From contig CAWJLW010000006.1 of NCBI GenBank assembly GCA_963843795.1, forward strand, positions 1,178,001 through 1,242,000: 64,000 bases of DNA, read 5' to 3'. Positions 41,431-52,045 of the stretch are shown here, one piece after another. Numbering within the stretch: position 1 is the stretch's first letter; every line of letters begins with the position of its first letter. The notes beneath the pieces are model-generated. The model was not told the DNA's origin. It was given only the letters and a program-made list of their open reading frames with translations, and ran no database searches. The DNA comes from an uncultured bacterium (GTDB lineage: Bacteria > Armatimonadota > Abditibacteriia > Abditibacteriales > Abditibacteriaceae). Both the position numbers and the translations under genes were made by a program.

Positions 41431-41507
41431 GAAACTGGGGTGCAGAAGGTTACGCCCTCGATTGCGAAATGAAAAGCGCTCTGCAAGTTCTTGCAGAGCG
41501 CTTTTTT
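41431..41507 (+). ncRNA. Candidate ~77-nt small RNA
   Basis: Starts just after a consensus promoter; GGGGTG/CGCCCT stem; ends in a strong hairpin plus T6; lies between convergent genes. Confidence 0.45.
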
Positions 41508-41554
41508 AATGAGTCAAACGTGAATTGTTGGCTGCAAGTACTTGCAGCGCTTAT

Positions 41555-43832
41555 TTACGGCGTATTTGCAGTGGCATCGGGCAATTCGACCCAACAAAGC
41601 GTGCCTTTGGGTGCGTCGTTGCCGAAACCGCCACGTCCGTCATTGACCAAGACGAGCAGGCGATTGCCGCTGGGATGAGGCAAAATCTGCTGCACATCGT
41701 TGGTGCCGAAGTTCTGTGCGGCCAGCTTATATTGCTTTTGTTGCTCGCCTTGAGGCGTGAAGACGATGAGTTGGAAATCGTGATTCTGCGTGTATAATTT
41801 GCCACCGGCGCGATCAAAAGCCAGCGCTTCGGGATAGGCGCCGCTGGCCAAAACGCTGACCGGTTGGGATAAATCTCCAGTGCGATAAATGAAAATCGTG
41901 TATCCGGTTTTGACTGGTTCGCCATTAATGCTGATATCGCCATTGCCGCCGCCCGAAGGCATCGCCACATATTTGGAATCGGGGCTGATTTCGATATCGC
42001 GCGCATTCGAGCCGATACGCGCGCCGATTTCTTCATAAACCAGCTCCGTTCCCGTGATGCGAAAGCGATGCAAACATTCGAAACCTTCGCAAAAAAGGTA
42101 GCCGCCATCGGGCGTCACGGTCGGATGTTTGAACTCGGATAATACCACGCCATTCGGATGTTTTTTGATGTTCGCGCCCTGATCGTTTTGCATTTGTCGG
42201 GCGTTCAGTTGCTGCACAACTTTTCCGCTGGCAAAATCTAAAATCGACAACTTGTCAGAAAATTGCTCGCCTTGCGCGATGTAAACCAATGGCAGCGCTG
42301 GAGACGCGCCCATGCCCGTAATGCCCGCCGCCGTGATGCGCTTGAGCACTTGTAGTGATTCCAAATCTAAAAGCCACACTTCCTGAATTTCGGGCAGTGC
42401 AACGACCAAACCTAACTGGCACAAGCCAAAATAACGACATTTCTGTCCTAACTTCGCCAATTTTTCTTCGCGAAATTCCGGAACCGAAATCATGTGCAGC
42501 GTGCCATTGTTCTCCAGGGCATAAAGCTTTTTGCCGTCTGGTGACCACACCATATCTTCGACAAGCGCACCTGCATTGATGCCAACTGCCGTGACTTTGG
42601 CATCCACCACTGTGCGCGGCGCTTGCAGCAGCATACGTCCGGTTTCGGTCGCTGCCGTGTTGGGGTTTGCGCCTTTGGTGTTCGTGCCCGTCAGCCAATC
42701 ATCGTCGTCTTTATTTGCCGCCGGCGCTTGTGTGCTTGGCGCGTTAGATTTCACCGGTGCGTTGGGTTTGACCGGCGCAGTTGGTATTTTCGGTGCGGCT
42801 TGAGAAACTTGGCACGTTGGGCGTGACGACGCGCGGCGGATTCTGAACTTTCAGCGAACCGGAAACCGTGCCAACTACACGTCCGTTTTGGCTGACTTTG
42901 ATTTTATAAGGCACAATTGCTGGTGCGACCGGTCCGCTGATTTGAGGAACCGGCACCGCACGCACGCGATAATTTCCGCCGCCCAGCGCTTGCGCCGCAA
43001 GCGTGCGCGCTTCGGTACCGATGCCAAGCAAAAATTCGACGTTGTAATTGGCGGGAGCGCCTTCATCGCGCAGCGGCGTGACGCGGATAGTAAATTCTTG
43101 CTCCGTGCTCAGTTTGTCGCCCTCGATGGTTGGAGGGTCGAAAGAAATGTTGGGCGCGAGCAGAAATTGATTGAGCTGGCTGACCGGAATCGCGAAATTG
43201 ACGCTATCGGCCCATTCGATACCCGAAGCCACGATGCCGATGACCTGACCTTTTTCATTCAAAACCGGCCCGCCCGAATTACCCGGATTGAGCGCCGCAT
43301 CGAGCTGAATTTCCTGCAACTCACCGCGCGACATGCGCAGCGCTGAAATATGGCCGGTGCTGACGGAAACGTTGGGGAATTCATTATCGCGCAACGCCAA
43401 ATCTGTCCCAAACGGAAAGCCAAACGCCGCCACCGGCATCGTTTCGAAAAGACCTTGCGAATCTCCCAACGGCAAAGCAACCAAGGCTTGCGGCGTTTCC
43501 AGTTTAAGTAAAGCCAAATCCATTTCGGAATCGGTGCGCAAAACCCGCGCAGGCACCACGCTTTGATCGCGCTCGCCAGAATGCAAAACCACGACAACAC
43601 GCGCGTTGGGCATTCCACCCACGACGTGCTCGTTAGTGACAAAAAGCCCACTGGCATCAATACAAAACGCCGAACCTTCGTCCTCTCCAGCGCGCACCAG
43701 AGCCGTCGCGCTTTTGCCGCGCGCGATAATTTCAGGCAGCGTAGCCGCCACACAATGAAGCGCTGAAAAAGCTGTCCAAAACAAGAGCAAAAGAAAAAAC
43801 CCAAAAGCACCCAATCTGGCTTTTAAACACAT
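41555..43832 (-). CDS. Trypsin-like (S1C) serine protease fused to a beta-propeller (apparent +1 frameshift near 42812)
   Basis: VTNEHVV, DLALL, LNPGNSGGP triad motifs; Pro/Ala linker; propeller repeats WSPDGKKLY, TPDGGYLF, SPDSKYV. Confidence 0.78.
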
Positions 43833-44021
43833 AAATTTCCTTGACACAAGCATTTTTTGACAGTGTAGTTTAACTGCGTTTTGGTGAAAAATGATGAGTG
43901 TCTTCTTGCAAGTACTTGCAGCACACAGCAGCGCAGGTTTTCTCGATTGGGCGCAACTTATTTCCAGAATCGCTGTCTGCATATCCTCTGGTATACTACA
44001 GGTCAGGTTAATTTTGTCGTT

Positions 44022-46392
44022 ATGAATAGTTTTTCGATTTGCTGTGCTTTAACGATTTTTATGGTGCCGATTTTGAACAATAGCGCGGCCCATTCCGCGA
44101 CGCCCAAAATGCCCGATGCCGTGCCTTTGGCCGCGCATCCTTTTGCGCTTGCTGATGTGCGTTTGACTGGCGGGCCTTTGAAAAACGCGCAGGATTTGGA
44201 TGGCAAGTACTTGCTGGAATTGGAGCCAGATCGGATGCTGGCGTATTATCGCATTCGCGCCGGTTTGGAACCCAAAGCTAAAGGTTACGATGGCTGGGAT
44301 GGCGATGGCAAAAACCTGACCGGCCACATCGCGGGCCATTATCTTTCGGCGATTAGCTTGATGTATGCGGCGACGGGCAACCCCGAGTTCAAACGCCGCG
44401 CCGATTACATCGTGCAGCAGTTCAAGGAAGTGCAGGACAAAAACGGCAACGGTTATCTGGGCGCGCTAGAAAGCGGGCAGGAAAAGTTTGCCGAGGTTTC
44501 GCGCGGCGATATTCGTTCGGGAGGTTTCGACCTCAACGGTTTGTGGTCGCCGTGGTACACGCTGCACAAAACCTACGCCGGTCTGCGCGATGCCTATCGT
44601 TTGACCGGCAATCGTGAAGCGTTGGAATTGGAAATCCAGTTTTCCGAATGGGCTGAAAAAGTCTGCGCGCCGCTTTCGGATGAGCAGATGCAGAAAATGC
44701 TTAATACCGAGTTCGGCGGCATGGACGAGGTTTTCGCCGATTTATACGCCGATACCGGCGACGTGCGCTGGTTGAAACTGTCGCGCCGTTTCATTCACGA
44801 TGCCGTCATGAATCCGCTCGAACATCGCGAAGACAAACTGGGCGGGCTTCACGCCAATACGCAAGTTCCCAAAGCCATCGGCGCACTGGCGCGCTATCAA
44901 TATACCGGCAACAAGGACGACGGCGCGGCGGCGAATTTCTTCTGGGATACCGTCGTGACCAAACACAGTTTCGCGACTGGCGGGCATGGCAAAGACGAAT
45001 ATTTCGGGCCAGCGGGCGAACTGAGCGCGCGCATTGATGGTCGCACCGATGAAAGCTGCAACGTTTACAACATGTTGAAGATGACGCGCACCTTGTTCGC
45101 GCTTCAGCCCGACATTCGATACGCCGAATTCGAGGAGCGCGCCCTGTTCAATCATGTTCTGGGTTCGATTGATCCCAAAGATGGCCGCACCTGTTACATG
45201 GTGCCGGTCGGGCGCGGCGTGCAGCACGAATATCAGGACATGATGCACAGTTTTACCTGCTGCGTCGGCAGCGGCATGGAAAGTCACGCGCTGCACGGCA
45301 ATGGCATTTACTACGAAAACGGCGCGCGTTTGTGGGTGAATTTCTACACGCCATCGACGGCGAACTGGCAAAGCCAGAACGTGAAACTCACGATGCAAAC
45401 GAGCTTTCCCGAAGGCGAAAACGCCAGCTTGAAACTGGCGATGGACCGGCCCAAAGAATTGACGTTGTCGCTGCGTCGTCCGAGTTGGGCGGGCGATGGT
45501 TTTGCGGTGAAAATCAATGGCAAGCCCGCGCAAAAAATCTCTCCTGCGGGCACTTATCTCGAACTGAAACGAACCTGGCAAAACGGCGATGTTATCGAAC
45601 TGACGCTGCCCAAAACCCTGCACAAAGAAGGCTTGCCGGATAACGCGCAGCGCGTGGCTTTAATGTGGGGACCGCTGGTTTTGGCTGCCGATATGGGGCC
45701 AGAAGGCAAAGAGGTCGCGACGCCGGTTTTCGTGGCCGCGAATCAGAAAGTGGCCGATTGGCTCCAGCCGGTCGCGAATGAAACGGGACGTTTTCGTAGC
45801 ACGTGAAGTCGGGCGCGATATTGTGAAAATCGGACAGGAAAGCGAAGTCGATTTCGTGCCGTTTTATCGTTTGCACAACCGCACTTATAGCGCGTATTTC
45901 GATTTGTATTCGCCGCAAGAATGGGACGAAAAATCGACGCAAATCGCAGCCGCGCAGGAAAAGCAGCGCCACTTGGAAGCTGCGACAGTTGGTTTCGCGC
46001 AGCCCGGGCAAATGCAGCCCGAGCGCGATTACAACCAATTGGGCGAAGATAGCGAACCGGCGCGCGTGATGGGCCGAGCAGGGCGACGCGGCAAGAAGTG
46101 GTTCTCGTTCGAGATGCCAGTCGATAGCGAGCATCCGATGCGGCTCGTGCTGACTTACAACAGCGAAGAATGGCGCAAACGCACTTTCGATGTTCTGGTT
46201 GATGGCCAGAAAATTTCCGAGCAAAGCGTCGAACGCGATTTACCCGGTCATTTCTACGACGTGGAAATTCCGATTCCAGCCGCGCTCGTTGAAGGCAAAC
46301 AAAAAGTCACGGTGCGATTTGAAGCCACGCAAAACAACGAAATCGCCGCGATTTTCGGCATTCGCATGGTGCGCGCTGACGCCGCTTTGTAA
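44022..46392 (+). CDS. GH127/GH146-like beta-L-arabinofuranosidase (apparent +1 frameshift near 45800)
   Basis: LTGHIAGHYLSA, PWYTLHK, EFGGM, HANTQVPK, ESCNVYNMLK, TCCVGSGME. Confidence 0.82.
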
Positions 46393-46445
46393 TAACTTCG
46401 CGCTGCAAGTACTGCGCATCTAAGTTCGTTGTGTATTGGCGCTTT

Positions 46446-46545
46446 GTAGGGTGCGGGTCTCTGACCCGCCCGGTGTGATTAAACCGATTTCTCTTAACTT
46501 TCTTGCAGGTGTTTCAAAAGGGCGGGTCAGAGACCCGCACCCTAC
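46446..46545. repeat. GTAG-type REP inverted doublet (REPIN-like)
   Basis: GTAGGGTGCGGGTCTCTGACCCGCCC (46446-46471) and its exact reverse complement (46520-46545). Confidence 0.85.
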
Positions 46546-46549
46546 AAAA

Positions 46550-46581
46550 TGCGCGTGTTGCAAGTACTTGCAACACGCGCA
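46550..46581. repeat. 32-bp perfect palindrome centred on the iterated motif
   Basis: TGCGCGTGTTGCAAGT/ACTTGCAACACGCGCA, just upstream of a start codon. Confidence 0.9.
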
Positions 46582-46595
46582 AACAACTGAATCTA

Positions 46596-47423
46596 ATGAA
46601 AAATTTCGTTCGCTCAAAAGCTCTGGTGCTCGGTTTGTTTGGCGCAACGGCGATGATTTGCGCGCCAAAAACTCAGGCCGCGCCGAAGGTGAAAACCACC
46701 AAACCCATGACAAATCAAGAACTGAAAAAAGCGATTCGCGTGATCGAGCCTTTGGAGCAGGATTTTTTCGGCAAAGAATTGAAATACTACGCGATTCCGA
46801 TCAAAGCGGCTCCGGTTGTTAGCGACGCGGCGCTGGTTGAAGCCTATCGACGTTTAGATCGACTCATGAAGAATTTGCCCAATGTGCGCGCCAATCTGGC
46901 GACTGCTGGAGCCGAATTGCACATCATCGGCAATGATCAGGTCACTTCCGATTTGCCCGAACATCGCGAATTGAAAGGCAAAAAATTGGATTATTACGGC
47001 GGCTTGACGGTCGATGAACGCACGCGCGGGCTGGGTGGTTTATTGACTTCGTGCGGCGAAGAAAACTTGCTCGATTTGCCGACCGACCGCTACAAAGGCC
47101 GCGATATTTGCATTCACGAATTCGCCCACAACGTACAAGATTCCGGCACCAGCGACGCGGTGCGCACCAAAATTCGCGAGCAGTTTGAGAAATCGACTAA
47201 GAAAGGTTTGTGGAAGGGCGCTTACGCTGCCACTAACGAACACGAGTTTTTTGCCGAACTTACGATGTGGTATTTCGGCACGCACGGCGACATGAACATG
47301 GAAGGCGCTAAGCCCGCCGCTGGCAAACAAGGTTTGCTTGATTACGATCCCGAAGCCTATCGTTTACTCGACGATTTTTACAACGGTTGCATCCCCGTTG
47401 AATTGAACCTCAAAGCTCAATAA
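46596..47423 (+). CDS. Secreted zinc-dependent metallopeptidase-like protein (HEXXH)
   Basis: Signal peptide; RGLGG, EENLL, IHEFAH, YAATNEHEFFAE. Confidence 0.75.
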   Translation: MKNFVRSKALVLGLFGATAMICAPKTQAAPKVKTTKPMTNQELKKAIRVIEPLEQDFFGKELKYYAIPIKAAPVVSDAALVEAYRRLDRLMKNLPNVRANLATAGAELHIIGNDQVTSDLPEHRELKGKKLDYYGGLTVDERTRGLGGLLTSCGEENLLDLPTDRYKGRDICIHEFAHNVQDSGTSDAVRTKIREQFEKSTKKGLWKGAYAATNEHEFFAELTMWYFGTHGDMNMEGAKPAAGKQGLLDYDPEAYRLLDDFYNGCIPVELNLKAQ

Positions 47424-47471
47424 CTCCTGTTTTGCGCGCTGCAAGTACTTGCAGCGCGCTCAAACTTCATT

Positions 47472-50224
47472 ATGAATTCTTTCCATCATTTTGCCGGTTT
47501 CGCGCTGGTTCTCGCTATGTCTTTGCCCGTTATGGCCCAACAAAATCCCGCGCCTGCAACTGATGCCAAAACCGCGCTCGGTTTGGAAGATGGCACGCTG
47601 AATTTCGAAACGCCCGATTTCACGCTCAAACTGGTGAAAGATTCGCAAACCGTGTCGGCGCTATTGCCTAAAGGTGCGAATGGTTTCGATTTCGCGCCTT
47701 CCGACCGTTTGGAAAAACGCGCGGCCAATGGCTTCAATCATCTGGGCGATCATCACGTTTCGCGCGCGCAAGGGCAAAGCCGAAGCGTGGCGCGATTACG
47801 CGACTTCTGCTCAGCGCAAGCCCGTCGTCAATTTGCCCGCCCAAACTGGCGTTTTGGCGACTGCCGATTTATCGCCGACTTTGCCCGAAAATTGCCCGCT
47901 GCAAAATTACGCGCAGTTGGCTGGTCGAAAACGGAAAATTGGCGCTGCGTTTCGACATCAAAAACATCGCCAATCAGCCAGTAGAAATCGGCGCGCTGGG
48001 CATCCCGATGGTGTTCAATAACATCATTTCCGACCGTTCGTTATCCGAAGCGCACGAAAAATGTGCGTTTTTCGATCCGTATATCGGTCAGGACGCGGGT
48101 TATTTGCAGGTCACGCGCTTGAGCGGCAAAGGGCCGGCGTTGGTCGTCGTGCCCGAAGGGAAAACGCCGTTTGAAGCGTATCATTTGCTCGATGAGCCGA
48201 TTAAACCGAACCAAACTTTTGAGGGCACTTTCGAGTGGATGGCGCACACGCAGGCGTATGCCGAAAACGAGTGGAGCGGCGTCAAACAGTGGAATCCGCC
48301 CACGGTGCAAGTACTTGCACCCGGCCAAACGCGCTCTTATGGCGTGAAGTTGCTGTTATCGCCTGCAAATCCGTGATATTGAAAGATACTTTGGCCGCCA
48401 ATAAGCGTCCGGTTGCGGTCGGAATTCCGGGCTACGTTTTGCCGCAAGACGAAAATGCCAAGCTGTTTTTAAATTACGCTTCGGGCGTGAAATCGTTGGA
48501 AGCCGAACCCAAAGGCGCGGTGGCAATTACGCGCAAACCGAACGCAAAAAATGGTTGGAAAAGCTACGATTTGCGCGGGCAGGGTTGGGGCCGCGCGCGC
48601 CTGACCGTGACTTACGACGACGGAACCAAACAGGCGATTAGCTATTACGTCACCAAGCCAGCAGCCGAAGCGGTCAGTGACATGGGCAATTTTTTGTTCA
48701 CCAAACAATGGTTTGTCGATGCTAACGATCCGTTCAAACGCAGCCCGTCGGTGATTTCTTACGACCGCGAAGCCGATAAGCAATTGACGCAGGAAACGCG
48801 CGCGTGGATTGCCGGTTTGGGCGATGAAGGCGGTTCGGGCGCGTGGCTCGCCGCAGCGATGAAAGAATTCGGTCAGCCCGAACCAAATGAAATCGCGAAA
48901 TACGAGCAGTTCGTAAACAACGTAATTTGGGGCAATTTGCAGTTCAAAGACGGCCCAAAAAAGTGGGGCGTGCGCAAAACCACGTTTTTCTACGACCCCA
49001 AAGTACTGCCCGACTTTGCTTACGACCCGAAAATTGACGGGCGCAGTTGGACGAACTGGAATCAAGAAGTCTCGAATGATATCGGGCGCGGCTACAATTA
49101 TCCGCACGTCGTGGCCGCCTATTGGGCGATGTATCGCATCGCGCGCAACCATCCGGGTTTGGTCAAAAGCCACGATTGGAAATGGTATCTCAATCAGGCT
49201 TACGAAACCACGAATTTCGCGTTCGGTCGCAAAGCCAACGGCGAGCGCAACGTCGGTTACGTCGAATTGGGTTTGATGGACGGCACGGTTTTTCTGGAAT
49301 TATTGAAAGACCTTAAACGCGAAAATTGGGGCGAACAATCGACACGCGTTGAGGCTTTGATGCGCGAACGCGCCGAGCGTTGGAAGGGCGAAGAATATCC
49401 GTTCGGCAGCGAAATGGCGTGGGATTCGACCGGTCAGGAAGAAGTTTACGACTGGTGCGATTATTTCGGATACGACGACAAAGCGCAAGTGTCGCTGAAC
49501 TCGATTCTGGGCTACATGCCGACCGTTCCGCACTGGGGCTACAACGGCAACGCGCGCCGCTACTGGGATTTTCTGTATGGCGGCAAACTGTCGCGCATCG
49601 AACGCCAGTTGCACCATTACGGTTCGGGCTTGAACGCGATTCCGGTTCTCGATTCTTACCGCGAAAACCCCGACGACTTTTATCTGCTGCGCGTCGGTTA
49701 CGGCGGCACGATGGGCGCGCTGACCAATATCGACCGCGAAGGTTTCGCTTCGGTCGCTTTCCACTCGTTCCCGAGCACGCTTGAAATGGGACGCCTATTC
49801 GGGCGATTACGGCCCGAACTTCTTCGGTCACGCCATCAACACTGCGACCTATCTCATCAATCATCCCGATTTCGGCTGGCAAGCGTTCGGCGGCAACGTG
49901 TCCACGCGCGGCGATTGGGTTACGGTCGAACCACGCGATTCGTTTCGCCAGCGCGTTTACATCGCGCCGCGCGGCCTGTGGTTGAATCTCGATGCTGGAA
50001 CTTTCCAATTGGTGCGTTTCAACACGCGCACCGGAGCCGTGCGCATCCAAATCCCCGCCGCGACACAATTCACACCAACCGCGCGTTTGCGCATTGAACA
50101 GCCAGCGAAAATTGACGGCGTCGGAACCTATCGCACGCGCAAAACTTTCCCGCAACAAAACGGTATCCACGAAATCGCGCTTGGCAAAACCGCGACAGAA
50201 ATCGAATTAGCTGTGGCGCAATAA
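47472..50224 (+). CDS. DUF5695-type secreted protein (putative glycosidase), split by four apparent +1 frameshifts (about 47750, 47905, 48368, 49780)
   Basis: Consecutive ORF pieces join by single-base removals; AWIAGLGDEGG, YNYPHV, PFGSEMAWDSTGQE, PHWGYNGNARRYWDF. Confidence 0.7.
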
Positions 50225-50299
50225 ATTCCAATTTGAGCAGCAAGAAGTGCCTTGCAAGTACTTGCAACACATTCTGCGTGGCAAACGTTCAGAGAGGTT

Positions 50300-51193
50300 A
50301 TGAAAAAACGACATCTGAAAAAATTGGTTGTGCTGGCGGCGTTTCTGGTTTGCGTGCTGACGCTTGGGCTGCGCTCGATGCATGCACAAAATGATGTTGC
50401 GCGTGAACTCGACATCGTTTATGGCGAAGCCGACGGGCAGAAATTGCTTTTGGACGCGTTTCGTCCGGCAGGCGAATTGAAAACGCGACCAGCGCTGATT
50501 CTGGTGCACGGCGGCGGTTGGGCGGGCGGCGATAAAAAGGATTTTCGCGATTTGGCGGTCGGTGCCACGCGCGCCGGTTACGCGACGTTTTCGGTCGGTT
50601 ATCGTCTGGTAAAAGCTGACGCCAACAAATATCCCGCGCAAATCGACGATGTGCAGCGCGCCGTGCGCTGGATTCGCGCGAATGCGGCGCGCTTTGGCGC
50701 CGATCCCAATCGTATCGGCGCCCTCGGCGCTTCGGCGGGCGGACACTTGGTCGCGCTGCTGGGAACGCGCGAAACGCGCGATAATAGCGTGCCCGAACTG
50801 AGCGCGTATTCGAGCCGCGTCAATTGCGTGGTCGACATGTTCGGTCCGACCGATTTCACGCTTGCGAATGCCGGTTTAAGTAACGAAGGCACGTCCATCG
50901 TGCTGAACTTTTTCGGCAAAACGCCGCAAGAAGCGCCCGAGCTTTACCGCGATGGTTCGCCGATTGTCCACATCGACCACAACACCGTTCCTTTCCTGAT
51001 TTTTCACGGCGACGCTGACCCGCTCGTGCCGCTCAATCAATCGGAACGCTTTTATGATGCGCTGCAAAAAGCCAAAATCGAATCGAAATTGATCGTCTTC
51101 AAAGGCGAAGGTCACGGTTTCACGCAGCCCGCGAATCAAGCGACCTTCATTCAAGAAACGTTGGCGTTTTTCAATCAGCATTTGAAACCGTAA
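50300..51193 (+). CDS. Secreted alpha/beta hydrolase esterase (BD-FAE/Aes-like)
   Basis: VHGGGW, GASAGGHL, HGDADPLVP, GEGHG. Confidence 0.88.
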   Translation: MKKRHLKKLVVLAAFLVCVLTLGLRSMHAQNDVARELDIVYGEADGQKLLLDAFRPAGELKTRPALILVHGGGWAGGDKKDFRDLAVGATRAGYATFSVGYRLVKADANKYPAQIDDVQRAVRWIRANAARFGADPNRIGALGASAGGHLVALLGTRETRDNSVPELSAYSSRVNCVVDMFGPTDFTLANAGLSNEGTSIVLNFFGKTPQEAPELYRDGSPIVHIDHNTVPFLIFHGDADPLVPLNQSERFYDALQKAKIESKLIVFKGEGHGFTQPANQATFIQETLAFFNQHLKP

Positions 51194-51226
51194 AACTGCG
51201 TTGTAGGTACTTGCAGGGCAATTTGT

Positions 51227-51323
51227 GTAGGGCGCGGGTCTCTGACCAACCCATAGAAGTAAAAACAAGATTTGATTCGCGATTTCCATCGAAATAAGGG
51301 CGGTTCAGAGACCCGCACCCTAC
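51227..51323. repeat. GTAG-type REP inverted doublet (REPIN-like)
   Basis: GTAGGGCGCGGGTCTCTGACCAACCC ... GGGCGGTTCAGAGACCCGCACCCTAC. Confidence 0.8.
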
Positions 51324-51432
51324 AAAGCTCATCTGCGGTTGCAACTTTTCGCGATGGGCAAAAAGAGCAACCCACGCGTGATGCGATTCGTCCCGATGCG
51401 CGGTTTGTTATAATTAACCCGTTCCAAAAATT

Positions 51433-51891
51433 ATGCACGCGCCCACCGAGAAAAACACGATTTCGCGCCGCTCCGATAAGTCCTCGTGGACTTCTGTATG
51501 GTTGGCGATGGTGTGCGCGCTGCTGCTGGTCTCGCCGGGTCAGGCTGCGCCTTCGTTGTCGCAAGCGCGCCAGACGGCATCTTACGAGACGGTTTTTTAC
51601 TGGTTGCAAAATGCCGAAACCGAATCGGCTTCGCGCGCGCAAGTGCTGCAAACGCTGTGTCGTAGCGCCGGTTTGAACCGCGTTCAAACTGCCAATGTGT
51701 TGAACTCGTATCAGCAATGGACACGCGAACATTCGACATCACAACTTTCCGCATCTGCCGCAACTTTGCCTGCAAGTACTTGCAGGAGCTTTGCGCCGAT
51801 TGTTTTGCGCGATACGCGGCCTTTTGACGCCAAAATGTCGCGTCACACCGGTCGCGCCGCCCATTCACTCGCTGTTTGTTATCTGGAATAG
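51433..51891 (+). CDS. Hypothetical signal-peptide protein directly upstream of secA
   Basis: WTSVWLAMVCALLLVSPGQA-A signal-like segment; TATAAT at about 51409. Confidence 0.55.
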   Translation: MHAPTEKNTISRRSDKSSWTSVWLAMVCALLLVSPGQAAPSLSQARQTASYETVFYWLQNAETESASRAQVLQTLCRSAGLNRVQTANVLNSYQQWTREHSTSQLSASAATLPASTCRSFAPIVLRDTRPFDAKMSRHTGRAAHSLAVCYLE

Positions 51892-52045
51892 ATTGAAAAT
51901 TCGCTTCATTTGCATTACGCAATGAAGTGTTTCGTCGCGCCTGCTGTCTACACCAAAAATGTTTGGTGCAAGTACTTGCAGGGCGTTTTGTGCTGTTTAT
52001 TTTCCCAAAAACTAAAGACGTTTCATCCCATTAGAGGTTAGATTT

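Noticed and set aside
3251..49785. Frameshifts in queA, GH2, YHYH, protease, GH127 and DUF5695 (four) as programmed frameshifting, phase variation or pseudogenisation
   Set aside because: Almost all are single-base insertions, often in short homopolymers, with no in-frame stops or decay and no slippery heptamers. This pattern fits long-read consensus error; raw reads would settle it.
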